A stretch of 64,000 nucleotides of DNA. Origin: Heterodontus francisci (lineage: Eukaryota). This document shows positions 51,202 through 62,999 of the stretch, in pieces; the stretch's first letter is position 1, and the number at the start of each line of letters is the position of its first letter. Where the stretch lies: positions 64,343,743-64,407,742 of the forward strand of contig NC_090394.1 of the NCBI RefSeq assembly GCF_036365525.1. The letters run 5' to 3'. The notes beneath the pieces were generated by a model. That model had not been told where the DNA came from and searched no databases. It was given only the letters and a program-made list of their open reading frames with translations. The translations under genes and the position numbers were made by a program.

Positions 51202-52003
51202 GGGCTGAATCTTCTGAATCGGCGGCAAGCGAAATAAACGGCGGCTCGCCCGCACCAGTCACATGTCGCAGAGTCACCGCAATCTTCCATGCAGCAGCTC
51301 ATTTAAGTAGCTGGGGTGGGTCACACCTCCTGATCACATGGAGGGGGCGGGCTGTCCGTCCCCAGTAATGGCTGTGCGCTGACGCCCTTTTTAAAGGGCT
51401 GTCAGCCCCACCGGCAGATTTAAATATTTAAAGATAAAGTGAATTAAAAAATTAAATTCCTTTTTACTTTGCCCCTCTCCCATCCCCAATAGCCATAAAA
51501 TTATTAATTTTTCTTACCACCCACACCCCCCCCAAAAACACTTACCTTTACAATCTAACCTTCCCCCGCACCCCCATCCTCCCCGCCTCAAACTGCATAA
51601 ACTTTAACCTCAAACCCTTCCCACCATCCCCTACACCAATGATGTTACTTTGACCCCGTCCCCACCCCCCGCACTGAGAAACTTCCCATCAGTGTGGCAC
51701 CTCACTTTCCTAGATGGGGATCCGAAGACGCAGGAGTCTCGGCCACTGGGCCGAAGATTGAAGTGGGAACTCGGGCAGCGACATAAGTATCATTAATTCA
51801 TTCATTTTCATTTATTTAAATATGCAAATTGGGGTCCCGTCACCAGGCGGCGTAGGGGCCACTACGAGGCCTTTCCGCCACCAGCAATAGCGGACTGGGC
51901 CTTCCCGGCGTCTGGCTGCGTGGCGGTCCTCTCCTGGAGGCATCTTCAGGGCACCCCCCACCGCCACAGATCCCAATGCCTGGGGGAAAACTAAATCCAG
52001 CCC
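51202..52003. mobile_element. Harbinger-type MITE with 3-bp TSD (agt) inside a DeuSINE fragment
   Basis: gggctgaat...atccagccc termini; agt at 51199-51201 and 52004-52006; host reads gcacacagt|aagctcccacaaac. Confidence 0.8.
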
Positions 52004-52977
52004 AGTAAGCTCCCACAAACATATAGGTTGAGGGATAAAGTCCAGGGGAAAATACCCTGTTCTTTGAAATACTGCCATCTCTGTGACCTCCTCCAGTCCT
52101 ACAACCCACACACCTGAACTCTTTTATTTTCTGCGCCTCTGGCCTTTTGTGTAATTCACAGCCCTTCCCTTGTTCCCACCAGTGACAGATATGCCTTTAG
52201 CTACGTGAAGCCCATACTCCAAAACCCCCTCTCCGAACTTCTCACCACCTGCCTTTCCGTCTTTAGGACCCTATTTAAACCTGTCTCCTTACCAAGCTTT
52301 TGATCACTCCATCTAAATCTCTCCTCCCATGGCTGTGTCCATTTTTGTTTTACCATTATGTCTCTAGGGGAACTTTTTTGAGATAATGCAAGTCATTTCT
52401 TGTGGCTGACACTGGTATAAATTGGTTAAATGACCTTGCATCCTTGCATTCTAGTGGTGAAGGGAGTGAATGTTGAAGGTGGTGGATGGGGTGTCAATCA
52501 AGTGGGCTGTTTAGTCCGGGATGGTGTTGAGCTTCTTGAGTGTTGTTGGAGCTGCACCCATCCAGGTAAGTGGGGAGCATTTTGCCACACTCCTGACTTG
52601 TGCCTTGTAAATGATGGACAGGCGTTGGGAAGACTGGAGGTGAGTTACTCGCTGGCAGAATTTTCAGTCGCTGATCTGCTGTTGTAGCCACAACATTTAT
52701 GTGGCCGGTCCAGTTCAATTTCTGGTTAATGGTGACCCCCAGGATGTTGATTCTGCAGGATTCAGCAATGGTAATGCCATTGAATATCAAGGGGAGATAG
52801 TTAAATTCACTCTTATTTGAGATGGTAATTGCCTGGCACTTGTGTGGCACGAATGTTACTTGCCACTTATCAGCACAACCCTGGATGTTATCCAGGTTTT
52901 GCTGCATATGTGCAGGGGTTGCTTCTGTATCTGAGGAGTCGCAAATGGTGCTAAACATTGTGTAATCATCGGCGAAC

Positions 52978-53556
52978 TGTTGTGCCTAATCTGCACTTAC
53001 TCTTAAAGAATCCACGGATGCTGATTGGTGAAAGGTATATCAATATTTTATTCACACACTAAATCAAGTACAAGCTCTCACTACTTGCACAGTATACTAC
53101 CCGCCAAGGCACAAGGTGATCAGTCTCGGACTTGCGGCTGCTCTTCTGTTTTCTGAGCCCTTGACTCAGGGCCATCTTCTTGAGTGTTCTTCCCCGGGGT
53201 TGTTGTGCTGTCCCCAGTTTCAGTCAGGGGTTAAATCTTGTTTCCAAGATCCTCCCCTTTTACTTACTCATAAGGGTCTGGTATAATGACATAATGATAA
53301 TTTCTTTATTTGGCTCAGTGAGAACCTGGTTCATTTCTTTACAGTTTCCCATTGTCTACTGTGAGTCTAATTGTATCTTGTGTCCATAGCGACTCCTTTA
53401 TCTGGTACGTGCAAGGACACTGAGTCTGCTAGCATTTTTGCTGTTCCCCTTTCTACCCAACCCCTGTATGCTTTAACACACTGTGTATTGTGTGACTAGC
53501 CCCTTTGTTTTAACTAAGTTCTTATGTTTTTACTATGTGTTTTTACTGGGTCTACA
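52978..53556 (-). repeat. 3' LTR
   Basis: TG...CA termini; direct repeat of 58335-58919; minus-strand AATAAA near 53047-53052. Confidence 0.95.
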
Positions 53557-53569
53557 GTCCCCCCCTTTG
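53557..53569 (-). other. Polypurine tract
   Basis: Minus strand AAAGGGGGGG-AC immediately before the TG of the 3' LTR. Confidence 0.85.
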
Positions 53570-53620
53570 ATCCTGTAGGGCTATGTCCAAGGGATCACAC
53601 TCTCACGTCTCTTAGGTAGT

Positions 53621-53834
53621 CTTCTTCTTCTTTGGCCTCCTTGTCTTGAGAGACAATGGGTAAGCGCCTGGAGGTGGTCAGTGGTTTGTGGAGCAGCGCC
53701 TGGAGTGGCTATAAAGACCAATTCTAGAGTGACAGACTCTTCCACAGGTGCTGCAGATAAAATTGGTTGTCAAGGCTGTTAAACAGTTGGCTCTCTCCTT
53801 GCCAATACAATCGGAACTCAGTAATGCCATTGAT
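53621..53834 (-). mobile_element. RTE-clade LINE 3' fragment with 13-bp TSD inside the provirus
   Basis: FICSTCGRVCHSRIGLYSHSRRC C-terminus, (aag)n tail, and tctcttaggtagt at 53608-53620 and 53835-53847. Confidence 0.85.
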
Positions 53835-54000
53835 TCTCTTAGGTAGTACACTTGTGCAATTACAATTTCCTTTTCAAAGCAAAAGCATAAGCAATGTAAT
53901 GTTAAAGAAAGCACAATTTAAGCATCACTATTACATAATCAATCACTTGTGTGAACATAATCGCAATTTCATTTTTAGAGTATATTGATCATTCATGAAT

Positions 54001-54790
54001 TCATTTTAAGTATCTATTGCCTTTAAGGTAGCTGTCTAACCTGCATTCATACATCCTCTCACATTGCTTAATCAATTTCTTAAGTTTCCAAATTAAGTAT
54101 ATCACATACAACACCAGGATACCCAAAACCACTATCAGGACATGGGAGATAATTCTAAACCAGGGGTGTATCTGCACGTTTGACCCCCAGTTCCATAAGT
54201 CCTCCCACCAAGTAGAATCGTTTATCTCATCAATCTCGTAGCTTCTTCAACTGTTGTTCCAGACTGTAGTACACTACACCAATGGCCTCGAGCTGCTGCC
54301 TCTCTTTACCCAAGCACAGGGGCAATGGCTGAATAGTATATTCATATTCCCGGAGGTAATTTATCAAGTCCTCCTTAATACTTTCTGTCACAGTTATTGT
54401 TTCTGTCTTTTGTTTATGTATGTCTACCAACTCCATCTTTCCTACTCTGGTTGGTGTTTGTGGATTGAAACAGAACATACTGTTGCTCACCAGACAAGTC
54501 CAGTTATGTCCATACTGCTGGTGGTTAAGCAATATCTTCCCTTTCCCATATAGGCCACATTGGTTAACCCTGACAATGCTTTCCTAGTTTCCATGGTGCA
54601 ATTTTCAGTGGCATTAAATCCACATTTTGACTCTGCTGTTTTATATATAGGATGAGGACGTATGACCACCTGGTTTTCCAGACTACACTCATTGTTGGAA
54701 CATTGTTCCAACCATCTCTTTTCCAATTTCCAATTTCCACAACCCCCTAGTGGGTCCCTCTTGGACATTCAACACAAACTCACTGTCCGA
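54001..54790 (-). pseudogene. env: env remnant: Cys-rich ectodomain end, heptad, Trp-rich membrane-proximal region, TM helix, short tail
   Basis: Frameshifted segments CSLENQVVIRPHPIYKTAESKCGFNATENCTMETRK, FCFNPQTPTRVGKMELVDIHKQKTETITVTESI and WWEDLWNWG...IISHVLIVVLGILVLYVIYLIWKLKK...stop at 54001-54003. Confidence 0.75.
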
Positions 54791-54894
54791 TAGTAACGCT
54801 TACAAGAAAGACCCACCGCTCATCCCCATCTCCATCTTCCTGTAGCCCCTGGTAGTTGCCATGTACTTCTACTGGTCGGATGATGTCATCCGGA

Positions 54895-55525
54895 TGTCCT
54901 CCCCTGTAGAGGAACCGTCAACAAAAAATTTGATTGCTGGTTTGATTGCTGGCTCCTTCCCTTGTACACCCCCAATGATTTTGACACAAAAGGGGCCTTT
55001 GAGGGCCTTTGCTGTCAAAACCTGATACTCATGGGGTTCGCCCTGGTAGATTAAATTGTCCGCCAGGCATGTACTAGTTCTTTTTCAGAAGATCATATAA
55101 AGGGGCTGCCTTTAGGGCAAATCCATCAATATGGTTCCTGCAATACCCAGTGAGGCCCAAAAACGATCTCAGAGCCTTAATATCTTGCGGTAGGGGAAGT
55201 TCGAGGATTGTCTGTACTCACATCTGTTCTATTTCATACTTTCCCTGTGTTATTACTATTCCAAAATAGGAGACCTTTTCTTTCATTATCTGTGCCTTTT
55301 TAGGGTTAACTTTCACTCCAACCTTCCAGAGGAGTCGAAGGAGCTCCTCCTTACTCTGTGCCAACTGCTGGTGGAATATCGACAGACTATTATGAAATCC
55401 CTGGGGGAGATATGTCCAGGTGTACTATTGTCCCTGGAATGTAAACGCAAGTTTATATTGGCACTCCTGTGCCAGTGGTATGGACCAGAACCCATTGCTA
55501 ATGTCCAACACTGTAAACCACTTAG
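54895..55525 (-). pseudogene. pol: pol remnant (RT pieces, start of RNase H) with internal deletions
   Basis: WFTVLDI.NGFWSIPLAQECQYKLAFTFQGQ*YTWTYLPQGFHNS; GVKVNPKKAQ; LRSFLGLTGYCRNHI..FA.KAAPLYDLLKK; FFVDGSS. The YxDD segment and integrase are not seen. Confidence 0.9.
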
Positions 55526-57543
55526 ACTGTTTTTGGTTTTTTTTTGTTTTCTAAAGCTTTAATTGTCCTCTTAAATGTCAGATAAATTTCCCTTTGAGTG
55601 CTTTAAATAACCACTCATATCAATTAAATTTTGTTTATCGATTCCAATTTCTTATGCCCAAACTTGGTGGTATTGCGTTTTTTTTTTACATTAAAGACAG
55701 AAGTGCTTGCAACTATCTCTCCTTCTCAAGCACTTTGTCTCATTGACAAAGATGCTGTGACATTTGATGTCTGCAATTACGTTCTTAAATTCTTAAAGCT
55801 GCTGGATCTCTTGCTGTGGCATCAGTTCTCATGTGGTCCTGCAACCTACCATCACCTGCTTTAAAAAAAACAGAATCTATTGAGGCTCTGCCCCTGAGCC
55901 CAATGGGTTAATTTGTCCAATTATATGTCAATTTAGAAATTAAAAATTTAATAATGTCCAATATATATAAATGTTACACTCAGCAATGCAAAAATTGTGT
56001 GGTGGATTAAATGGAAAAACAATAGCTGCAGCAGAGTTAATTTTTTGCTTGTCTCCAAGGGGGCGGAGCAAAACCTTCCCAGCTGTCACTTTACGTAACC
56101 TTTTTTTCTTGATCAAAAAGAACTACACTCCATTTTAAACTGTTTTTTTTCAATTCCTTTGGTATCCTTCGGATTTGAAAACAACAAAATCATTAGTAAC
56201 ATTATCAGCTTCAAAGGAAAGCATCTCCATCAGGAAAGACAGCATTTTAGATCAAACTCCAATTGTTTCCAAACTTTTAGCATCTTTTGAGAGAGGTTTC
56301 TAATCCCAGGATTTTTTTATACAACAAAGATGATTCCAAATTCCAATTCACTGCAATAAATATTTAAAAATCAAAACTGCCAATGTTATATAAATGAGTC
56401 TTATGTCTGGAATTAGAGTCCCTCAAAACTTGACATAATAAACTTGAAAGTTCATTGTGGCCACAAATTAAATTTCCACTTTTCTCAACTTAACAGGTCA
56501 GTTAACCTTAATAGTATAAACTTAACTCAGACTTATTAACTTATAATACTTATTAACTACACACAGAGCAGAATAGCGCGTGCCTTTTTTTTTAAAGATC
56601 GGTAAATCACGTCATTTTTTTGCTCTTTCTTCAGGCCGCTTTTCAAATGACTGTATTAAAACCAAAAACTAAAGATAAAGTTATTTAACATTCTTAAAAC
56701 AAAAGATTTAACACCAGCTTCTTAAGCAAACTTTAAACAGACAGAATCCTTCCCATATCTCCTTTGTTTATCCTTCTTTCCCTTAAACCAATATCCAGTT
56801 CTTGACATTTGCTACTTAAAACAGTCAGTAAAACATGTCTTTAATCTAAACTCCGAAAAAAAATCAAGAACAGATTTTAAACTGGAACTCCAATTAAAGC
56901 AGTGTTTTAAACTTCAACTTGGATTTCTGCCAGACATCTTCAGACCTTCAAGGCTGAAGCTTATCTCTTAGAAAATTGTTCATTGTCTTTTCAGTTTCAA
57001 AACCAATTGTTAAAATAAAAATAAAACTTTAACTTAAAATATAATTCAATTTTATATCTGATTTCTGTATGCACAATCTTAAATTGAACTAAACACTCAA
57101 CAATCACTTTTCACACTCATTCAATTCCAAACAACTTAGAAAATTGATTTTTGTAATGGGTTATGAATTCAAAGTACCAAAATCTGTGTCAAATTCCCTG
57201 TTCTGATGCCAAGGAACACACAGGTTCAACTAGTTCACAACCAAAACATGACTCAAGGTTCCCACAAAATATACACGTGTAAAAAAAAAAATAGAACAAG
57301 TAACAGACTCATGCTTTCAACATTAAGGCCAGACAACAAAGAGTTAACGACTGTCAGTTGTACAGAACACAAGCTGCACATCGCAAGGACATTCATTTCA
57401 TTTGTGGAAGCTTCCAACATTCACACATTTGAATCAAAAGATGCAGTAACTTGTTTTTACTCACTTGAAATTTCACTAAAACATAGTCTTTTTATGTCAC
57501 TCTGCCATAAATTTAGTCATGGAGCCCTCTGGCCCCCCAGTTA

Positions 57544-58170
57544 TTAATGGGCCATAGGTAAGGCCAGGGTGGGGGCCGAAGGCTCGACTGAGGGTTGGTC
57601 ATCCCAAGGACTGTAACCATCGTCATGGTACTTACTGGCCTTATCTGCCAAGTGGGCCCGATTAAAGTCGTCATTGTCATCATCTTCCCTATCCGCAAAT
57701 GTGGATATTATACCCCTTTGTGCTGAGAGTTGAGACTGTAGTTTACTTGTCTCCTGCTGACATTTGGTATGATCCGTTGACTGGTACACCCGCTCCTGCT
57801 GTGAGCGGTGCAGAACCATCAATGCGGTCTGTAAGTCAGAGCATTTCTGTTCCGCTCTCATGAGCTGTTCCTTCGCCTTGTCCACTTTCCTCTCAGCCTT
57901 ATTGCGACTATACTCAGTCTTTTTGGCCTGAGACTGGAATTGGCTTAAATGCATCACCTGTGTTGCACTAACTGTTTCTGCCTTCAGGGCCCTATCACGC
58001 CACTCATTAGGTGCCCGTTTGGCTTGGTGGGTACGCGCATCCTCCCAATGCTGTACCGCAACGGACCCCTGGCCCATGTACTGTTTAACTGCAAAATCTA
58101 TCCACGAGGGCCACTTGCCCTTCAAATATTTTGGGAGTTCCAACTCCCACTCTGGCCTGGCCAGGGCCAT
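57544..58170 (-). CDS. Gag-like N-terminal ORF (208 aa, coiled coil, acidic patch, PSAP late-domain-like motif)
   Basis: First ORF after the PBS (ATG ~140 bp downstream), with heptad-rich KAERKVDKAKEQLMRAEQKCSDLQTAL and EPSAP. Confidence 0.6.
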   Translation of the reverse strand: MALARPEWELELPKYLKGKWPSWIDFAVKQYMGQGSVAVQHWEDARTHQAKRAPNEWRDRALKAETVSATQVMHLSQFQSQAKKTEYSRNKAERKVDKAKEQLMRAEQKCSDLQTALMVLHRSQQERVYQSTDHTKCQQETSKLQSQLSAQRGIISTFADREDDDNDDFNRAHLADKASKYHDDGYSPWDDQPSVEPSAPTLALPMAH

Positions 58171-58312
58171 AATTACTCAACCGTTGTCCTGTTTTGTCTA
58201 CTCAATTACTCAACCGTTCATCAACCCGATCCGTCAAACTTGTAACTTTGTTTATAAATTAGTTCGAACTCTGCGACGCCATTCAAATAACTTGAGATAG
58301 CGCTACAACCGA

Positions 58313-58330
58313 GTAGCTGTTCGGGCTCCA
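58313..58330 (-). other. Primer-binding site, tRNA-Lys(UUU)-like
   Basis: TGGAGCCCGAACAGCTAC matches the tRNA-Lys3 PBS TGGCGCCCGAACAGGGAC at 15 of 18 positions, 4 nt after the LTR end. Confidence 0.8.
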
Positions 58331-58334
58331 ACTA

Positions 58335-58919
58335 TGCTGTGCCCAATCCGCACTTACTCTTAAAGAATCCACAGATGCTGATTGGTGAAAGGTATATCAA
58401 TATTTTATTCACACACTAAATCATCAAGTACAAGCTCTCACTACTTGCACAGTATACTACCCGTCAAGGCACGAGGCGATCAGTCTCGGACTTGCGGCTG
58501 CTTTTCTGTTCTCTGAGCCCTTGGCTCAGGGCCATCTTCTCAAATGTTCTTCCCCAGGGTTCTCGTGCTGTCCCAGGTTTCAGTCAGGGGTTAAATCTTG
58601 TTTCCAAGACCCTCCCCTCTTACTTACTCATAGGGGTCTGGTATAATAACATCATGATAATTCCTTATTTGGCTCAGTGAGAACCTGGTTCATTTCTTTA
58701 CAGTTTCCCATTGTCTACTGTGAGTCTAACTGTATCTTGTGTCCATAGCGACTCCTTTATCTGGTACTTGCAAGGACACTGAGTCTGCTAGCATCTTTGC
58801 TGTTCCTCGTTCTACCCAACCCCCCTATGCTTTAATACACTGTGTATTGTGTGACTAGCCCCTTTGTTTCAACTAAGTTCTTATATGTTTTTACTATATG
58901 TGTTTTTACTGGGTCCAGA
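58335..58919 (-). repeat. 5' LTR
   Basis: Direct repeat of 52978-53556, roughly 90-95% identical by eye. Confidence 0.95.
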
Positions 58920-58934
58920 TAACATCCCTACTTC

Positions 58935-59193
58935 AGTTGCTAGCGATCGCCAGAGCTGGCGGGCAGCCATAAAGGTGGGGCTAAAGTGTGGCGAGTCGAA
59001 GAGACTTAGCAGTTGGCAGGAAAAAAGACAGAAGCGCAAGGGGAGAGCCAACTGTGTAACAGCCCCGACAACCAATTTTATCTGTAGCACCTGTGGAAGA
59101 GTCTGTCACTCCAGACACTGCTTCGCAAACCACTGACTACCTCCAGACGCTTACCCATTGTCTCTCGAGACAAGGATGCCAAAGAAGAAGAAG
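58935..59193 (+). mobile_element. RTE-clade LINE 3' fragment with ~16-18-bp TSD
   Basis: DRQSWRAAIK...FICSTCGRVCHSR, (aag)n tail, and agataacatccctacttc / agataacatccacacttc on the flanks. Confidence 0.85.
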
Positions 59194-61164
59194 ATAACAT
59201 CCACACTTCTGACCTTATGATGTAGGGAAGGTCACTAATGAAGCAGCTGAAGATGATTGGGCCTAGGACACTACCCTGAGGAACTCCTGCAGTAATGTCC
59301 TGGACCGGATATGGTTAACCTCCAACAACCACTACCATCATCTTTGTGCTAGGTATGACTCCAACCAGCAGAGAGTTTTCCCCCCGATTCCCATTGACTC
59401 CAGTTTTGCTAGGGCTCCTTGATGTCATTCTCAGTCAACTGCTGCCTTGATGTCAAAGGCAGTCACTCTCACCTCACTTCTTGAGTTCAGCTCTTCTGTC
59501 CACGTTTGGACCAAGGCTGTAATGAGGTCAGGAGCTGACTCCCCTGGTGGAATCCAAACTGAGCATCAGTAAGCAGGTTATTGCTGAGCAAGTGCTGCTT
59601 GATAGCACTGTCGACGACCCCTTTTATCACTTTGCTGATGAGCAGGAGTAGACTGATAGGGCGGTAATTGGCCATGTTGGATTTGTCCTGCTTTTTGTGC
59701 ACAGGACAGCCTGGGCAATTTTTCACATTGCCATGTAGATGCCAGTGTTGTAGCTGTACTGGAACACCTTGACTAGGGGCGTGGCAGGTTCTGCAGCACA
59801 AATCTTCAGTACTATTGACAGAATATTGTCAGGATGCCCTGGGATGTCAAAGAATATGACTCCACTTCCATCTGCAGCTCTGAACTGCATCGGAAAATGG
59901 GACTGCTGTGTCTCTTTATCCAGTCACTGTTACTCTGCACAGCAACAGTGACACAGCCCTTTAAATAGAAGTTGCAGTCCTTTAAGAGCTTCAGCTACAA
60001 ACTATTCCCTGCCCCTAACTGACAATGAAGTCTCATTGGCAGTCCTAATCCAAGCAAGGAGCTTGTTGTGAGTAGTAATTGAGGTCAAACTTGGTTTAAA
60101 ATCCCATCAGGTCAACTCATCAGTTTGTGGTCTCTTCACTTTGGTGCCCATATCGGCAAACTTAGCCATGCTGGAACAAGGTATTGTTATCCAGTTGCTT
60201 TCTGAGCAGGTTTGTAAATGAAACACAATTAACTCATCACTCACCAGAACTGGAGGAAGGCGGGAGAGCAAAGGTTCAGAATCAGCAACGAACTAACAAA
60301 TGAGTTTTGAATGTATTGTAGCAGGACACACTAAGAGTTGGATGCAAGAGACAAGCTGAGAAAGGCATGTGGGGCAACACACACTGACAAACACAGAAGC
60401 TAGTGAGTTCTTTTGTTTCTCAGCCAGCTGTAAATGTCATAATGCTCCTTTATAGTTCCACCATCCCAGAGTGAGAATGGATTATCCGTTTTACTTTGCA
60501 ACCCATACAAAAATTCCAGCCTTGATATTATGTTATGTGAATATGAACTTAATAAATGCTCATCAGGGTCACACGCCATTATGTGGTCTGCTATTTTAAC
60601 CTGTTTACTTTCAAATAAGTGGGTTAACACTTTTCTTAAAACTACAGAAAACAGAGTGTCATATGAATGTGGAAATGTCCGTACACACTATTGCAAACAG
60701 CAAATTTGAAGCTTAGGCTTTTAATTAATATCTGTATTTTCACTACTCCTGCTACAACCAATTTTACTTTGCTGAGCATTATTTTTCAACCATTACATAT
60801 TATTCGAACTTCATCAGTACTGTGAACACCAGTTGTTCCCCTCCCCCTTCCCCAAAACCACAACTGTAATCTATCAGCAATAACCAGCATATATCTTTTT
60901 ACAAGGCTCCTTCATTACCAAGGGCTCCATTTCAATATAAATTTATAGTATCACGACAGTATCTTAGAGATCAGGAATTGAATGCATACAAAAATGATAG
61001 ACGCCATAGCCTCAAACACATCTACTACCTCCCTCCATTTGCTGAAGACCATCATACCATATTTATAGGAGAAAGCCCATTCAGTAAAATTAAGGACAGT
61101 TGTGAAATGCAATGATGTTAGAATTTTCTTTCTAAAAAAGATAGGGTCTGAATACACTGTCTAA

Positions 61165-61971
61165 GGGCTGGATTTTGTTGAGGTCCCGACATCAGGATCT
61201 GTGGCGGGGAGGGGCCAGAAGATTGTACCATGGCCTGCCATGGAGTCCAACACTGGGAGTGCCGGGATCGATCTTCCCAGCAGTGGCGGCGAGTCTCCGT
61301 GGCAACCCTCCCACTACTGGGCGATGGGACCCGGCTTTACATGTGTAAATGAAGTACCTGAATAAATTTAAATAAAATTCACACCACTCTTACCTGCTGC
61401 CCGGGAGCTTCCAGCGGTGGCCTGTACTCGCGCCTTCACTTTCCCGTCCAGGGAAAGCTGGCACCACTGAGGTGGGGAAGGGGGGTACTTAGGATTTCCA
61501 GTGTAGTGTGGGAGGTCAAATGTGCATTTCTAGTCTAGGGGAGGAGGGGGGAAGAGGTGACCTTTGCACTTTGAACAGTTGGTCAAATCTTCCAGGTAAG
61601 TATTTTGGGGGCAGGGAAAAGGGTAACTATTATATGTAATAAAAACAAGAAATGCTGGAACCACTCAGCAGGTCTGGCAGCATCTGTGGAAAGAGAAGCA
61701 GAGTTAACGTTTCGGGTCAGTGACCCTTCAAAGAAGGGCGTTTTTTTGCGGTACTGGGGCTGGTACCAGTTTAAATATTTATATTTAACAGCAGGTCTGG
61801 CTGACCTGTAAAAATGGCATCAGTGCCTGCACACAAGCAGCTGACGCCATTGCCAGCGTTGCAGAGCCCGCCCCCCAACCATGTGATTGGGGGGGAACGG
61901 CCTGACCACACGGGCCGCTATCTTTTTTCACCCGCTGCCGCTCCCGACAACAGGAGAATAAAATTCAGCCC
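61165..61971. mobile_element. Harbinger-type MITE with TAA TSD; contains a Penelope tail (61638-61730)
   Basis: taa-gggctggatttt ... aaaattcagccc-taa. Confidence 0.85.
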
Positions 61972-62276
61972 TAAGAGTGTGGTGGAAGCAGATTCAATCA
62001 TGGCTTTCAAAGGTGTATTGGATAATTATCTGAAGAGAAAAATTTGTAGGTCCATGGGGTAAAGGCGGGGGAGTGGGATTACGTTACTCTTGCAGAGAGC
62101 CGGCACAAACATGATGGGCCGAATGGTTACAGCACAGAAGGAGACCATTCTATGATTTCTATGCATTGTTCTGCCTTTGAGTAAAAGGAAAAAAAAGTTG
62201 ATTGCACATTAGACATACAACTGTACCAACACTGCCACCAAATGGTCAAACCTATCCACAATTCTGTTCACATATA

Positions 62277-62413
62277 CAAAAGCAAAATATTGCAGACACT
62301 GGAAATTCAAAATAAAACAAAATGCTGAAAATGCTCAGCAGGTCTGGCAGTATCTGTGGAGAGAGAAACAGAGTTAATGGTTCAGGTCGATGACTGACTT
62401 TTCATTAGAACTG
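62277..62413 (-). mobile_element. Diverged Penelope-type 3' terminal fragment
   Basis: Homologous to 1744-1879. Confidence 0.65.
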
Positions 62414-62999
62414 ACATTTAGCCTGCTTGCTGTTGGAATGGATTTATCTTCTTTTGGAGTAATTTACAGTTGCTGTTTAATTTGTAATATACCTTATACC
62501 TCCCTTCATTTTCCCCTTACCAGTTCTCCTTCTGCCGCTACCCTTTTGGGACTCAAGAATAACAGCAGCTCCCAGGCTAATAGTCATTCTTGATGAGCTG
62601 CAAAGGGAAAGACAAAATGACTCACTGGAGAGTTCTATCCAAATTTTCTTTCCAATTCACGGAGAGAAATTAGATCTTTACTCAGTCCTTGTACAGCACA
62701 GTTGAGATCCATAACTCAGTGAAATCACACCCTCCTCAGGAAGCACTGCACAACAATGTCAGATTTGTGCTTTGCACTTAGTGGGGTCGATTCTGACTGC
62801 CTTCACCTGGCCTTAATGAGGCAGTAAAGGTCTCAAAATGGGGCCAGTAGCCTTACCAGCCAGTTCCATTTTGAAAGGGGCCTACAGCCGTGTAACCGAA
62901 GTGTCTGCCTTTTTCAGGCAAATAGACCCTTTTAATATGGAAATTGGATTATAAGGTAAACGGGACCCTGTTTGCCATTTCAGGTACAAGGGATATACT

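Larger units (their letters stand above)
52978..58919 (-). mobile_element. Internally deleted endogenous retrovirus-like provirus (spuma/loki-like)
   Basis: Two ~580-bp LTRs, PBS, PPT, probable 4-bp TSD (gaac/taac), and gag-pol-env remnants in order. Confidence 0.9.
52450..59830 (-). mobile_element. CR1/L2-group LINE fragment (52450-52977, 59196-59830) split by the provirus and an RTE fragment
   Basis: KKQDKSNMANYRPISLL...LLTDAQFGF and MQQNLDNIQGCADKWQVTFVPHKCQ...ILGVTINQKLNW. Confidence 0.8.

Noticed and set aside
60400-60645. 76-aa minus ORF behind a plausible splice acceptor
   Set aside because: No convincing donor, no recognisable homology, and the length is within chance.
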